Source: Dactylococcopsis salina PCC 8305 (lineage in GTDB: Bacteria > Cyanobacteriota > Cyanobacteriia > Cyanobacteriales > Rubidibacteraceae). From it: a stretch of 32,000 bases of DNA. A program made the position numbers and the translations under genes. Location: NCBI RefSeq assembly GCF_000317615.1, contig NC_019780.1:1167840-1199839 (forward strand). The letters run 5' to 3'. The notes below the pieces were generated by a model. That model had not been told where the DNA came from. It saw nothing but the letters and a program-made list of their open reading frames with translations, and did no database searches. Shown piece after piece: positions 7,519 to 16,507 of the stretch (the stretch's first letter is position 1; every line of letters begins with the position of its first letter).

Positions 7519-9807
7519 TTATTCATGGCTGTGATGAACGCGGCGCAGTTTTAAAACATCACTCATTTGTTTGATCTGATTAAAACAATACTGCATTTGT
7601 TGATGATCTTTCACTTCCATCGAAACACTAATTAAAGCGGGTTTTCCTTTTCCCGTTTTGACGCTGGCATTGCTAAGATTAATATGTTGGTCGCTGAGAC
7701 GAGCGAGAATGTCTCGGAAGATTCCCACCCGATCGATCACTTCGATTTCCAAATCAACGGTATAAGTGGGAGCGCGACCATTGCCATTAGTGGGATTCCA
7801 ATCCACAGGGATCACGCGATCGCTCTCTGTATTTTCCACATTAGAACAGTCTTGACGATGAATGCTTACGCCTTTAGTGCGAGTCACTACCCCCACAATG
7901 GGTTCACCTGGAAGGGGAGAACAACATCCCGCGCGATGATACATTAACCCCTCTACCCCTGCGATCGGGGCTTTACTTGTAGTACCATGATGATTATTCC
8001 GAGAAGTAGTGGTGGGGAGACTTTGTATTGTTTCCTCTTCTAAATTTCCGATCTCGTCGGTTTTCTCTACCGCTTCCTCTTGCAAAGATTCTTCCCGTAA
8101 CTTACTGGCAACAGAATTAGTGGTAATCTCCCCATAGCCCACCGCCGCCAGTAAATCGTCAACGCTTTGATGGTTACAACGCTCGGCGACTCGTTGCATT
8201 CGATCGGACTTAAATAGTGAATCTGATCCTGATTTTCCCACTACTTTTTCTACCATACTCCGTCCACGAGTAATATTTTCTTCGCGATGAGAACGTTTAT
8301 ACCATTGACGAATTCGATTACGCGCACTGGGAGTAACCACAAAGTTTAACCAATCTAAACTGGGATGACTGTTTTTGCTGGTAATAATCTCGACAATATC
8401 GCCATTTTTCAAAGCAGTATCTAAAACCGTCCAACTGCCATTAACTCGTGCTCCCTTAATATGATTCCCGACTTCGGTATGGATATGATAAGCAAAATCG
8501 ACAGGAGTCGCACCGCGAGATAATGCGACCACATCCCCTTGCGGCGTAAAGACAAAAACATCATCTTCAAAGAGATTATCCCGAATGCTTTCAATGTATT
8601 CTTGAGCATCTTTGAGGTCATTTTGCCATTCTAAAAGTTGTCGTAACCAAGTAAACTTCTCATCCTCGGCGGTAAACTTAAAGTCGCTTGTTCCCCCTGT
8701 TTCCTTATACAACCAATGGGCGGCAATCCCGTATTCGGCGATATAGTGCATTTCTAGGGTTCGGATTTGCATTTCGATCGGTTTTCCATAACCACCAATC
8801 ACCGTTGTATGTAAAGATTGATAGCGGTTCGGTTTCGGTAAGCCAATATAATCTTTAAAGCGACCTGGAATGGGCTTAAACTCATCATGGATAATCGCCA
8901 AAGCGCGGTAACAGTCTTCTCGCGTTTTTAGAATCACTCTCACCCCAGCTAAATCGTAAATTTCAGCAAAGGTTTTTTGCTGCTGTTGCATTTTCTGGTA
9001 AATTCCATATAAATGCTTGGGACGACCTTTTAACTCTTCTACTTCTATTCCCCCTTGATCAAAGCGTTTCTGTAAGGCTTCCGTTACGGTTTGGATTCTT
9101 TTTTCTCGATCGGTGCGTCGATCGGCAACTAACTCTCGTATTTCTTGAAATGCCTCTGGTTCGAGATATTTAAAGGATAAATCTTCCAATTCCCACTTAA
9201 AACTCCCAATTCCTAACCGATTCGCCAAAGGCGCAAATATTTCTCTGGTTTCGAGGGCAATTTGTTTCTGTTTTTCGGGTTTCAGATGTTGTAAGGTTCG
9301 CATGTTGTGGAGACGATCGGCGAGTTTCACCACAATCACCCGAATATCTTTCGCCATCGCCAAAAACATCCGCCGAAAGTTTTCCGCTTGACGTTCAGTT
9401 TTACTGGAAAAGTTAAACTTAGAAAGTTTGGTTACTCCTTCTACCAAATGGCGCACACTTTCGCCAAATCTTTCTTCGATTTCCTCACAAGTTACTTCTG
9501 TATCTTCTACAATGTCGTGTAGGAAACCAGCGCCGATCATGGCACTTCCTCCCCCTAAATCCCGAATCAACCCCGCAACAGCGACGGGATGGGCGATATA
9601 GGGTTCGCCCGATCGCCGATATTGACCTTCGTGTAGTTCATAGGCAAACTGAAACGCATCCGCGATTAAGGCTACATCTTCATTGTCTTGGTTCGGATCA
9701 TTAGCAATTTCGATACAGTCTTTTAACCACTGGGGAAGCGGTGTGTTATATTCAGTTGGGGTTTTTAGTGCGTAGAGCAAAGCTCGTGTCGAAGACATCG
9801 CATCCAT
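7519..9807 (-). CDS. spoT: Bifunctional (p)ppGpp synthetase/hydrolase, RelA/SpoT family.
   Basis: The ORF is 762 aa. It has an HD hydrolase region (HPVAVA...LHDIVEDT), a synthetase region (YQSLHTTV, EMQIRT), a TGS region and a C-terminal ACT-like domain. Confidence 0.95.
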   Translation of the reverse strand: MDAMSSTRALLYALKTPTEYNTPLPQWLKDCIEIANDPNQDNEDVALIADAFQFAYELHEGQYRRSGEPYIAHPVAVAGLIRDLGGGSAMIGAGFLHDIVEDTEVTCEEIEERFGESVRHLVEGVTKLSKFNFSSKTERQAENFRRMFLAMAKDIRVIVVKLADRLHNMRTLQHLKPEKQKQIALETREIFAPLANRLGIGSFKWELEDLSFKYLEPEAFQEIRELVADRRTDREKRIQTVTEALQKRFDQGGIEVEELKGRPKHLYGIYQKMQQQQKTFAEIYDLAGVRVILKTREDCYRALAIIHDEFKPIPGRFKDYIGLPKPNRYQSLHTTVIGGYGKPIEMQIRTLEMHYIAEYGIAAHWLYKETGGTSDFKFTAEDEKFTWLRQLLEWQNDLKDAQEYIESIRDNLFEDDVFVFTPQGDVVALSRGATPVDFAYHIHTEVGNHIKGARVNGSWTVLDTALKNGDIVEIITSKNSHPSLDWLNFVVTPSARNRIRQWYKRSHREENITRGRSMVEKVVGKSGSDSLFKSDRMQRVAERCNHQSVDDLLAAVGYGEITTNSVASKLREESLQEEAVEKTDEIGNLEEETIQSLPTTTSRNNHHGTTSKAPIAGVEGLMYHRAGCCSPLPGEPIVGVVTRTKGVSIHRQDCSNVENTESDRVIPVDWNPTNGNGRAPTYTVDLEIEVIDRVGIFRDILARLSDQHINLSNASVKTGKGKPALISVSMEVKDHQQMQYCFNQIKQMSDVLKLRRVHHSHE

Positions 9808-10005
9808 AGGGTTTGCAAAGGGTGTGTTCTACAATGTTCTACTAATTCTGATGACATTTGCTTGTCATGTCAAAGGGGATATGCTGTCGTTTCCTTTTTC
9901 AAAAGGACGGTTAACCCTTTCCCCGCTAGGGGGATTAGGTTGATGTTCCTCAGTTTAAACAGTTTATGGTTAATTCAGGTTATCGTAACTTAAACTCGGT
10001 CAATT

Positions 10006-10368
10006 ATGTTACCGCTATCTTATCGGGAACGTTATCAGCGTTTTTTAGAAACTTTAAAGCAGTTACAAGAAACGCTTGATCAAGAGGGTGATCAAGTGAC
10101 TCGGAAATCACTTTTTTCGCAACTTCAACAACAATTTCAAGGAGAAATTATGTCTCTCAAAGGTGAAACCTTGACTGGAGAAACGTTCTCCCGTTGGCAA
10201 TCTTCCCAAACCGAGGTTCATCGGATTATGCGCTTGTTACAAAACGATATGATGTTTTTGCAAACGTCACGAAATAATGACACTTTTCAAAAACGTTTAG
10301 CAACCGTGCGCGATCGCGTGGGAAAATTGATTGATTTCGCCACTGCTTTTACCCAGAATGACGATTAA
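10006..10368 (+). CDS. Hypothetical 120-aa helical protein.
   Basis: It starts with ATG, has a clean ORF with a Gln/Leu-rich helical composition, and its stop overlaps the next gene's ATG (aATGAcgatTAA). I could not assign a family with confidence. Confidence 0.55.
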   Translation: MLPLSYRERYQRFLETLKQLQETLDQEGDQVTRKSLFSQLQQQFQGEIMSLKGETLTGETFSRWQSSQTEVHRIMRLLQNDMMFLQTSRNNDTFQKRLATVRDRVGKLIDFATAFTQNDD

Positions 10369-11995
10369 TAAAATGTCTGATGTTTTGCTTACTCTGAAGC
10401 ATCTAAAAGTTAGCTACTTCGATCGAGTTTCTTCTAGTGTAACAACTGCGGTTGATGATGTTTCTCTATCCTTAGAAGCAGGGGAACGTTTAGGATTAGT
10501 GGGAGAGTCTGGTTGTGGAAAATCCACGTTAGGGCGTGCGATAATGCGTTTATTACCGAATGCAATTGTGGAAGGGGAGTTAAACTTTCAGGGAGAGTCG
10601 ATTTTAAGCATGACTCCGCAGCAGTTGCGACGGTGTCGGGGAGAAGCAGTTTCTCTCGTGTTTCAAGACCCCATGACGCGGTTAAATCCCTTGATGACCA
10701 TTGGAACGCATTGTGTTGAGACATTAAGGGCGCATCGTCCTCAATTATCTGATCAGGAAGCAAAAAAAAGCGCGATCGAGGTTTTAGAAACGGTTAAAAT
10801 CCCTGCGAGTCGTTGGTCACAATATCCCCATGAATTTAGCGGTGGAATGCGTCAACGGGTCGCTATTGCTTTGGCGTTGTTATTAGAACCCAAATTAATT
10901 ATTGCTGATGAACCAACCACCAGTTTAGATGTTACCGTTTCTGCTGAAATCTTACAAGAATTAACCCGATTATGTCTGGAAAAAAATGTTGGGTTACTGT
11001 TAATTTCCCATGATTTAGCGTTAGTAGGAACATACTGCGATCGCGTCGCGGTCATGTATCAAGGAAAACTGGTGGAATTAGGAAAAGCGAAACAAGTTTT
11101 ATCTGAACCGAAACATAATTATACCCAGTCATTATTAAAAGCAGCGCTACTGCTTCATCTTCCGCAAAAAAAACGGGAAAATGCAACCACAGAAAAGCCA
11201 ATTCTAGAAGTCAAAAATTTAGTTCAGCATTACACTTTAGAACAAAATTTAATCCAACAGTTACTCAAAAAAGAACCCACTGTGATTAAAGCAGTGGATG
11301 ACGTAAGTTTTAATTTATTTGCAGGTGAAATTTTTGGTTTAGTGGGAGAATCAGGTTGTGGGAAAAGCACCCTTTCTCGCAGCATTTTACAGTTAGTGCG
11401 TCCCACTTCTGGTAACGTTATTTTTTCAGGGGAAAATTTAAGTCAGCTATCTGAGGCACAAGTGCGGCAATTTCGTCGTCAGATTCAGATGATTTTTCAA
11501 GACCCTTTAGCCTGTTTAAATCCGTTAATGAAAGTGGGAAATAGTATTGCTGATCCATTATTTATTCATCAGTTAGCAACAGGAAAAGAAGCAAAAGAAA
11601 AGGCGAAATATCTTTTAGAAAAAGTGGGGTTAACGCCAGTGGAGGAATATTACGATCGTTATCCTAAAGATTTATCTGGAGGTCAACAACAACGGGTTTC
11701 GATCGCGCGATCGTTGATTACTAATCCTCAATTAATTATTTGTGACGAACCAGTGAGTATGTTAGACGCAACAGTACAAACGCAAGTGTTAGAGTTAATG
11801 TTATCCCTGAAAAAGGAATTTAATTTAACCTATTTATTTATTACCCATGATTTATCTGTAGCAAGATTTTTGTGCGATCGAATCGCAGTGATGAATCAAG
11901 GAAAAATTGTCGAATTAAAAGCAACAGAAACCCTATTTAATTCTCCCGAACATCCTTACACAAAAACCCTTTTAAATGCAGCCCCCAGCTTTTAA
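10358..11995 (+). CDS. Fused double-NBD ABC transporter ATP-binding protein of the oligopeptide/dipeptide/nickel class (YejF/GsiA/DppDF-like).
   Basis: There are two Walker A motifs (GESGCGKST twice), two signature motifs (FSGGMRQRV, LSGGQQQRV) and two Walker B motifs (IIADEPT, IICDEPV). Each half ends in an oligo-HPY-type tail (PKHNYTQSLL, PEHPYTKTLL). The start is at ATG 10358 or 10373; the TTG at 10331 is unlikely. Confidence 0.9.
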   Translation: MTINKMSDVLLTLKHLKVSYFDRVSSSVTTAVDDVSLSLEAGERLGLVGESGCGKSTLGRAIMRLLPNAIVEGELNFQGESILSMTPQQLRRCRGEAVSLVFQDPMTRLNPLMTIGTHCVETLRAHRPQLSDQEAKKSAIEVLETVKIPASRWSQYPHEFSGGMRQRVAIALALLLEPKLIIADEPTTSLDVTVSAEILQELTRLCLEKNVGLLLISHDLALVGTYCDRVAVMYQGKLVELGKAKQVLSEPKHNYTQSLLKAALLLHLPQKKRENATTEKPILEVKNLVQHYTLEQNLIQQLLKKEPTVIKAVDDVSFNLFAGEIFGLVGESGCGKSTLSRSILQLVRPTSGNVIFSGENLSQLSEAQVRQFRRQIQMIFQDPLACLNPLMKVGNSIADPLFIHQLATGKEAKEKAKYLLEKVGLTPVEEYYDRYPKDLSGGQQQRVSIARSLITNPQLIICDEPVSMLDATVQTQVLELMLSLKKEFNLTYLFITHDLSVARFLCDRIAVMNQGKIVELKATETLFNSPEHPYTKTLLNAAPSF

Positions 11996-12042
11996 AGCAA
12001 ACCTGATCAAAACCACTTCTCCAGCTTTATAAACCTTTAAAT

Positions 12043-12264
12043 TCACAACTCTTCATCATAAATAGCATCAGCTTCACTGTAACCTCTGAAAAATTCTTCT
12101 GTACTCAGATGTTCCCAATCAGCATCTTCCAAAGAAGAATCAAAACTATCTTCTGATACAACAAAAACGGCTCGAACTCGCTTATTTTTACAATGAATTA
12201 AAGGTTTATCCAGTGTAATATGACCTTGCTCATCTACAATTCCAGTTAATTCAAATTCCTGCAT
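12043..12264 (-). CDS. Small acidic protein, antitoxin-like (AF2212/DUF104-like N-terminal strand segment).
   Basis: The ORF is 73 aa. GIVDEQGHITLDKPL....RVRAVFVV is followed by an acidic tail ending in EEFFRGYSEADAIYDEEL, a pattern common in cyanobacterial orphan antitoxin-like ORFs. Confidence 0.45.
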   Translation of the reverse strand: MQEFELTGIVDEQGHITLDKPLIHCKNKRVRAVFVVSEDSFDSSLEDADWEHLSTEEFFRGYSEADAIYDEEL

Positions 12265-12466
12265 CTTTACCTCAACTCACGCTTTATTAAGCAAATCCTA
12301 ATTAACAATTTAAATGCGATCACCGACGATCTTTCCTGCTTGCAGCCGTTCAATGAGGGGTTCTAAATCTTTGCGAATCGATCGATAACGTTTGGCAAGT
12401 TGAACGAGGTCTTTAGTTTGTCCCGCATACACGCACTTCAACTAATATAGCAAAAGAGTTGTGGGA

Positions 12467-13156
12467 TCACGAAGGAGCTTTTGATAGTCGCCCATCTTCC
12501 ATATAGATAATCCGATCGGCGATATCCAGAATGCGGTTGTCGTGAGTCACTAAGAGGATGGTGCAACTCTGTTGTTTCGCTAAGTTATACATAATCTCCA
12601 CCACATCACGACCCGATTTTTTATCCAGGGCTGCGGTGGGTTCATCAGCCAGAACAATTTTAGGATGACTGACTAACGCCCGCGCAATAGCAACCCGTTG
12701 TTTTTGTCCCCCAGACAAATCACTGGGATAATAATGAAGACGCTCTCCTAATCCTACCTTTTCTAGCATTGTCGCGGCTTGCTGATGACGTTCCTCCTTG
12801 CGCCATCTCCCGTGAACTTCTAACCCCATCTGTACATTTTCCAAAGCGGTGAGACTATCATGTAAATTGTGGGCTTGAAAAATATACCCATTATCTCGTC
12901 TGGCGCGGACTAACGCCTCTTCCTTCGCCTCAGAAAGTTCATGTCCGACCACTTGTAAACGACCCCTCTGCGCCGCTCGTAAACCGCCGATAAGGGTGAG
13001 GAGAGTAGTTTTTCCAGAACCCGATGGTCCTGTCATAATGACAATTTCTCCTGATGCAATTTCCAAGTTAATGTTGCAAAGAACTTGTTTTTGCAGTTTT
13101 CCAGAGCCAAAATAATGATCAAGCTCTTGGACAACGATCGAAGCATTTTGTTTCAT
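12467..13156 (-). CDS. devA: DevA-family ABC exporter ATP-binding protein.
   Basis: It has Walker A GPSGSGKTT, signature LSGGQKQRVAIARAL and Walker B VLADEPTAALD, and it lies last in a devB-devC-devA gene order. The start is set at MKQNASI (ATG 13156-13154), because the upstream 17 codons run into a repeat unit. Confidence 0.9.
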   Translation of the reverse strand: MKQNASIVVQELDHYFGSGKLQKQVLCNINLEIASGEIVIMTGPSGSGKTTLLTLIGGLRAAQRGRLQVVGHELSEAKEEALVRARRDNGYIFQAHNLHDSLTALENVQMGLEVHGRWRKEERHQQAATMLEKVGLGERLHYYPSDLSGGQKQRVAIARALVSHPKIVLADEPTAALDKKSGRDVVEIMYNLAKQQSCTILLVTHDNRILDIADRIIYMEDGRLSKAPS

Positions 13157-13200
13157 AGTGCAATTTAATTTTATTAGTGAGAAACCGATCAACTTAGTTT

Positions 13201-13224
13201 CCCCCAAACTTGGGGGCTAGGGGG
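13201..13224. repeat. CCCCCAAACTTGGGGG-CTA-GGGGG unit inside the devC-devA spacer.
   Basis: Direct reading. It belongs to the same family as 5091-5115. Confidence 0.7.
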
Positions 13225-13231
13225 CATTTCC

Positions 13232-14407
13232 CTAGAAAATATCGGCAGGATCGGCCGCTTGTAGTCGTCGTGTCGCGATCGCGCCTGAACCAACGCACAT
13301 TAGAAACGTAAGAAAAAACACAATCGCCCCCCGACTAACAGAGCCTACAATCGGAAGCGCCGTCGCCGCTGCTGTAAGTTGATAAGCACCCAAAGCGATC
13401 ACCGTCCCAGGAATAAACCCCAAAACAGACAAAATTAAAGCCTCTTCAAAGACAATCATCAATAAATACCGATTGCGATAACCCATCGCTCGAAATGTGG
13501 CGTACTCTCCAAGATGGCTATTTACATCAGTGGATAACACCTGATAAACAATCACCATCCCAACAATAAACCCCATCACTGACCCCAACCCAAACACAAA
13601 GCCAATGGGAGACTCTGACTGAATATCATTCAATTCAAACTCCACATATTCGGGATGAGTAAACACTTGAACATCTTGCGGTAAACGTTCTTCTAAGGCA
13701 AGTTTCACCGCTTCTGGATTAGCCTCTGCTGCCATCTCAATCAATCCGATGCTAACCGTTCCCGCTTCTCGTCTGGGAAACAACCGCAGAAAATTTTGAT
13801 CGCTGGTAATCAACGCCCCATCATCAGCAAAAGATGCACCCACAGTAAACAACCCTCTAATGGTTACGGTTTCGGAGCGAATTTCTGTTGTGATGGGCTT
13901 TCCCTGTTCTAGCAACGCAATTAGTTCTTGATAATTTCCTCTAGAGGCGCGATCGAATAACACGGTATCGGGTAGGCGAAGGGTGTCCAGTTGTTCGTTG
14001 ATTTCGGGTAAGTCTAACATAGGTCTTTCGGGGGTTTGACCCACCACCAACATTGAGGCTTTTTCCCTGGTTTGCGGATTTTGCCACTGAATTGATCCCA
14101 AATACATGGGATCAGCCGCAATCACACTCGGCACATCAAGGGCTTGATCAAGTCGCCGTCGGGTAAATGTCCCTAACTGTCCAAAATTCTTGGCTTCCGT
14201 GCTGAGAATGACTAAATCGGCTTGAAGGGCGCGAGGATATTGGGTATTGCTTTTGTAAAGCGCGTCTGCAAAACCTAGTTGCATAAAAATTAGAATATCA
14301 GCAAAGGTGATTCCCGCGATCGCGGTCAATAATCGCATGGGGTCACGCTTCAGTTGTAAAAATCCGATGGGCGTTCGTTCTCGCAAAATTTGGAAAGGAC
14401 TAAACAT
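13232..14407 (-). CDS. devC: DevC-family ABC exporter permease (FtsX-like fold).
   Basis: The ORF is 391 aa, with an N-terminal TM helix, a large periplasmic domain and three C-terminal TM helices. It lies between the HlyD-type adaptor gene and devA. Confidence 0.85.
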   Translation of the reverse strand: MFSPFQILRERTPIGFLQLKRDPMRLLTAIAGITFADILIFMQLGFADALYKSNTQYPRALQADLVILSTEAKNFGQLGTFTRRRLDQALDVPSVIAADPMYLGSIQWQNPQTREKASMLVVGQTPERPMLDLPEINEQLDTLRLPDTVLFDRASRGNYQELIALLEQGKPITTEIRSETVTIRGLFTVGASFADDGALITSDQNFLRLFPRREAGTVSIGLIEMAAEANPEAVKLALEERLPQDVQVFTHPEYVEFELNDIQSESPIGFVFGLGSVMGFIVGMVIVYQVLSTDVNSHLGEYATFRAMGYRNRYLLMIVFEEALILSVLGFIPGTVIALGAYQLTAAATALPIVGSVSRGAIVFFLTFLMCVGSGAIATRRLQAADPADIF

Positions 14408-14420
14408 TGTTATTCTCTCC

Positions 14421-15590
14421 CTATTCAGTGATAATCTTGACGGTGACTTGTAAATTGCTTAACCCCGCCACTTTCTCACGGGATGCGGAATCTAGCTGAA
14501 TCGAAACTTCGATCACTTTGGCATCGGTATTCGCCGCGGGGTCTATATCAACTACTTGTTGTCGTTCCACTTGTAAGCCAATCCGCGCTACTGTTCCTTG
14601 TAATTTTTCCTCAATGACAGGAGAGGTAATGGTGACAGGTTGACCTACTTTAATCGCTGGGATATCGCTTTGATAGACTTCTGCGATCGCGATCATTTGC
14701 TGGGTTTCGCCAAGGGTAACAATGCCTTCACTGTCAATGGTTTCCCCCGATCGAGTGTGAATTTTAATGATCTGTCCCTCTTGCGGCGATCGCACATAGG
14801 CTTTTTCTAGGCGAGTCTGGGCTTCTCTCACCGCAGTGGTGGCGGCGACGACTTCGGCTTCGGCAAATTCGAGATCAACAGTGCGAACTTCCGCCAGTTG
14901 TTCTAGAGTAGCTTTCGCCTGTTGAATTTTTTCATCACTGGTACTTTTTAACCGCGCTAGTTCCGATTTTGCTACCTGAACTTGTTGGCGAGTGGTGATG
15001 AAGGTGAGTTCCCGTGCATCTCTTTCTGAGGCGGAAATTGCTCCTTGCTGATATAACGATTCATAGCGCTGGTATTCCATGCGGGCGTTTTCCATTTCCG
15101 CTTCTAAGCGTCTAATGGTGGCTTTTTGACTGGCGATCACTCCTGCTTTTTCCGCTTTCAGGCGAGAAATTTCGGCTCGTTGCGCCTCTAATTCGCCAGT
15201 TTTCGCCCCTGCTTTCACTTGGGCGAGTCGCGCTTTGGCAATGCGAACTTGCTCTTTGGCGCTGGCGAGAGTGGCTTCTAGGGTGTCTTGGTTAGCCAAC
15301 ACTGCAATGATTTGTCCAGGTTGAACCCGATCGCCTTCTTCCACCAATAACGCCTGAATACGGCTTTCTTGGGCGGATGTGGCGGCGGTAACACGAATCA
15401 TTTCTCCTTCTGGTTCCAGTCGCCCTAAAGCGGTCACTGTGGCAGGTTCTGGGGTTAACTCTGTTTCAGGGGCTGCTTGCTGGGGTTGATCCCTTGACAG
15501 GCTTTGGAAACTGATGACACCGATTACTCCTACTGTCGCCACGATCGCGATCCAACGTCGCGGTTGGTTAATTACTACTTTGCTATTCAT
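14421..15590 (-). CDS. devB: DevB-family membrane fusion protein (HlyD-type periplasmic adaptor).
   Basis: The ORF is 389 aa, with an N-terminal anchor (WIAIVATVGVIGVISF), a long coiled-coil hairpin (AKARLAQVKAGAK...RLKAEKAG...) and a beta-barrel region. It lies 13 bp upstream of devC. Confidence 0.85.
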   Translation of the reverse strand: MNSKVVINQPRRWIAIVATVGVIGVISFQSLSRDQPQQAAPETELTPEPATVTALGRLEPEGEMIRVTAATSAQESRIQALLVEEGDRVQPGQIIAVLANQDTLEATLASAKEQVRIAKARLAQVKAGAKTGELEAQRAEISRLKAEKAGVIASQKATIRRLEAEMENARMEYQRYESLYQQGAISASERDARELTFITTRQQVQVAKSELARLKSTSDEKIQQAKATLEQLAEVRTVDLEFAEAEVVAATTAVREAQTRLEKAYVRSPQEGQIIKIHTRSGETIDSEGIVTLGETQQMIAIAEVYQSDIPAIKVGQPVTITSPVIEEKLQGTVARIGLQVERQQVVDIDPAANTDAKVIEVSIQLDSASREKVAGLSNLQVTVKIITE

Positions 15591-15618
15591 TGCTAGATAA
15601 CAACTCGTTTTTTTATTA

Positions 15619-15635
15619 TACTAAACGGTTTGGTA
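15619..15635. promoter_or_regulatory. Candidate TetR operator, an imperfect 17-bp palindrome TACtAAACgGTTTgGTA overlapping a TATACT -10-like hexamer.
   Basis: Seen in the 139-bp divergent spacer between devB and the TetR gene. Seven of eight arm positions are complementary. TATACT lies at 15617-15622 on the + strand. Confidence 0.3.
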
Positions 15636-15729
15636 CGATTTGCCATACAGATTAATTTAATTTTTAGATCAATTCAGTCTGAAGAGTGAGCTATCCTAGA
15701 GGATGTCCTTAGTTGAACAATAAGCAATC

Positions 15730-16359
15730 ATGTCTGGAGATTCCTTTACCCTGCCCAAAAGAGAACGATCGCAAAAGATGCAAGCTATCTTAGAAGGGGC
15801 ATTACAGGTGTTTATGGTGCAGGGATACGCGGCGACAAGTATGAATCGTATTGCTGTGGCGGCAGGAGTTTCCAAATCGACTTTGTATAGTAATTTTGAA
15901 GATAAAAAAGGGCTATTTTTAGCCCTCATTCAAGAATTAACTTATTCTAGTCGTCAAGAGGTTTTTAATTTACTGTCTCAGTCGGATTTACAAGCCCCTC
16001 CCGAAGTAGTCTTGCGACAGATTGCGCGACTCATGCTGGACAGTTTTCAAAAAAATCAGCCGTTGTTAAGTTTTATGCGATTGGTGATCGGAGAATCAGA
16101 GCGATTTCCTGATGTTGCGACAACATTTGTCGTACAAATTCAAAAGCCGATGTTAGAGCAGTTAACGCTTTATTTAGCCTCTCAAACGCAACTGCAACTC
16201 AGCGATCCAGAAGTGGGGGCGCGGGTTTTTGCAGGGTCTTTAGTGCATTATCTCATTATCCAAAACTTATTGGGTGGAGAAGAAGTTGTTCCCCTTGAGC
16301 GCGATCGCATGATTGATGGTTTAGTTACTCTAATTACAGGTTCAGTGTCAAAGGCTTAA
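15730..16359 (+). CDS. TetR/AcrR family transcriptional regulator, divergent from devBCA.
   Basis: The ORF is 209 aa. The N-terminal HTH is ILEGALQVFMVQGYAATSMNRIAVAAGVSKSTLYSNFEDKKGLF. Confidence 0.9.
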   Translation: MSGDSFTLPKRERSQKMQAILEGALQVFMVQGYAATSMNRIAVAAGVSKSTLYSNFEDKKGLFLALIQELTYSSRQEVFNLLSQSDLQAPPEVVLRQIARLMLDSFQKNQPLLSFMRLVIGESERFPDVATTFVVQIQKPMLEQLTLYLASQTQLQLSDPEVGARVFAGSLVHYLIIQNLLGGEEVVPLERDRMIDGLVTLITGSVSKA

Positions 16360-16372
16360 CCGTTAAAAAATT

Positions 16373-16507
16373 ATGCTGACGCTTAACGTCCAAACGATCG
16401 ATCTAACGGATGAACAATTTTACCAACTTGCCATATCTAACCCAGAAATTCCAATGGAACGATCGAGCAAAGGAGAACTAATTATAATGAATCCTGTCAA
16501 TGAATAA
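16373..16507 (+). pseudogene. Relic of a second Uma2 (DUF820) gene; only the N-terminal 44 codons remain.
   Basis: The translation MLTLNVQTIDLTDEQFYQLAISNPEIPMERSSKGELIIMNPVNE* has the typical Uma2 N-terminus (LTDEQF..L...N.....ER...GELIIM.P). The frame stops at 16505-16507, overlapping the dacB ATG at 16500. Confidence 0.6.

Noticed and set aside
7684-9522. Antisense or alternative-frame ORFs inside spoT (7684-7947, 8421-8621, 9307-9522). Similar ones lie inside the malic enzyme, ABC ATPase, pilT, cca, ald and ORF201 regions.
   Set aside because: All are short (60-109 aa), are nested within long ORFs that have strong family motifs, and show no motifs of their own.
12310-12441. A 43-codon frame between devA and the 73-aa ORF, considered as a separate gene.
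   Set aside because: It has only TTG/GTG starts, is below the ORF-track threshold, and has no recognisable domain. It is mentioned in a finding as a possible relic but is not annotated as a CDS.
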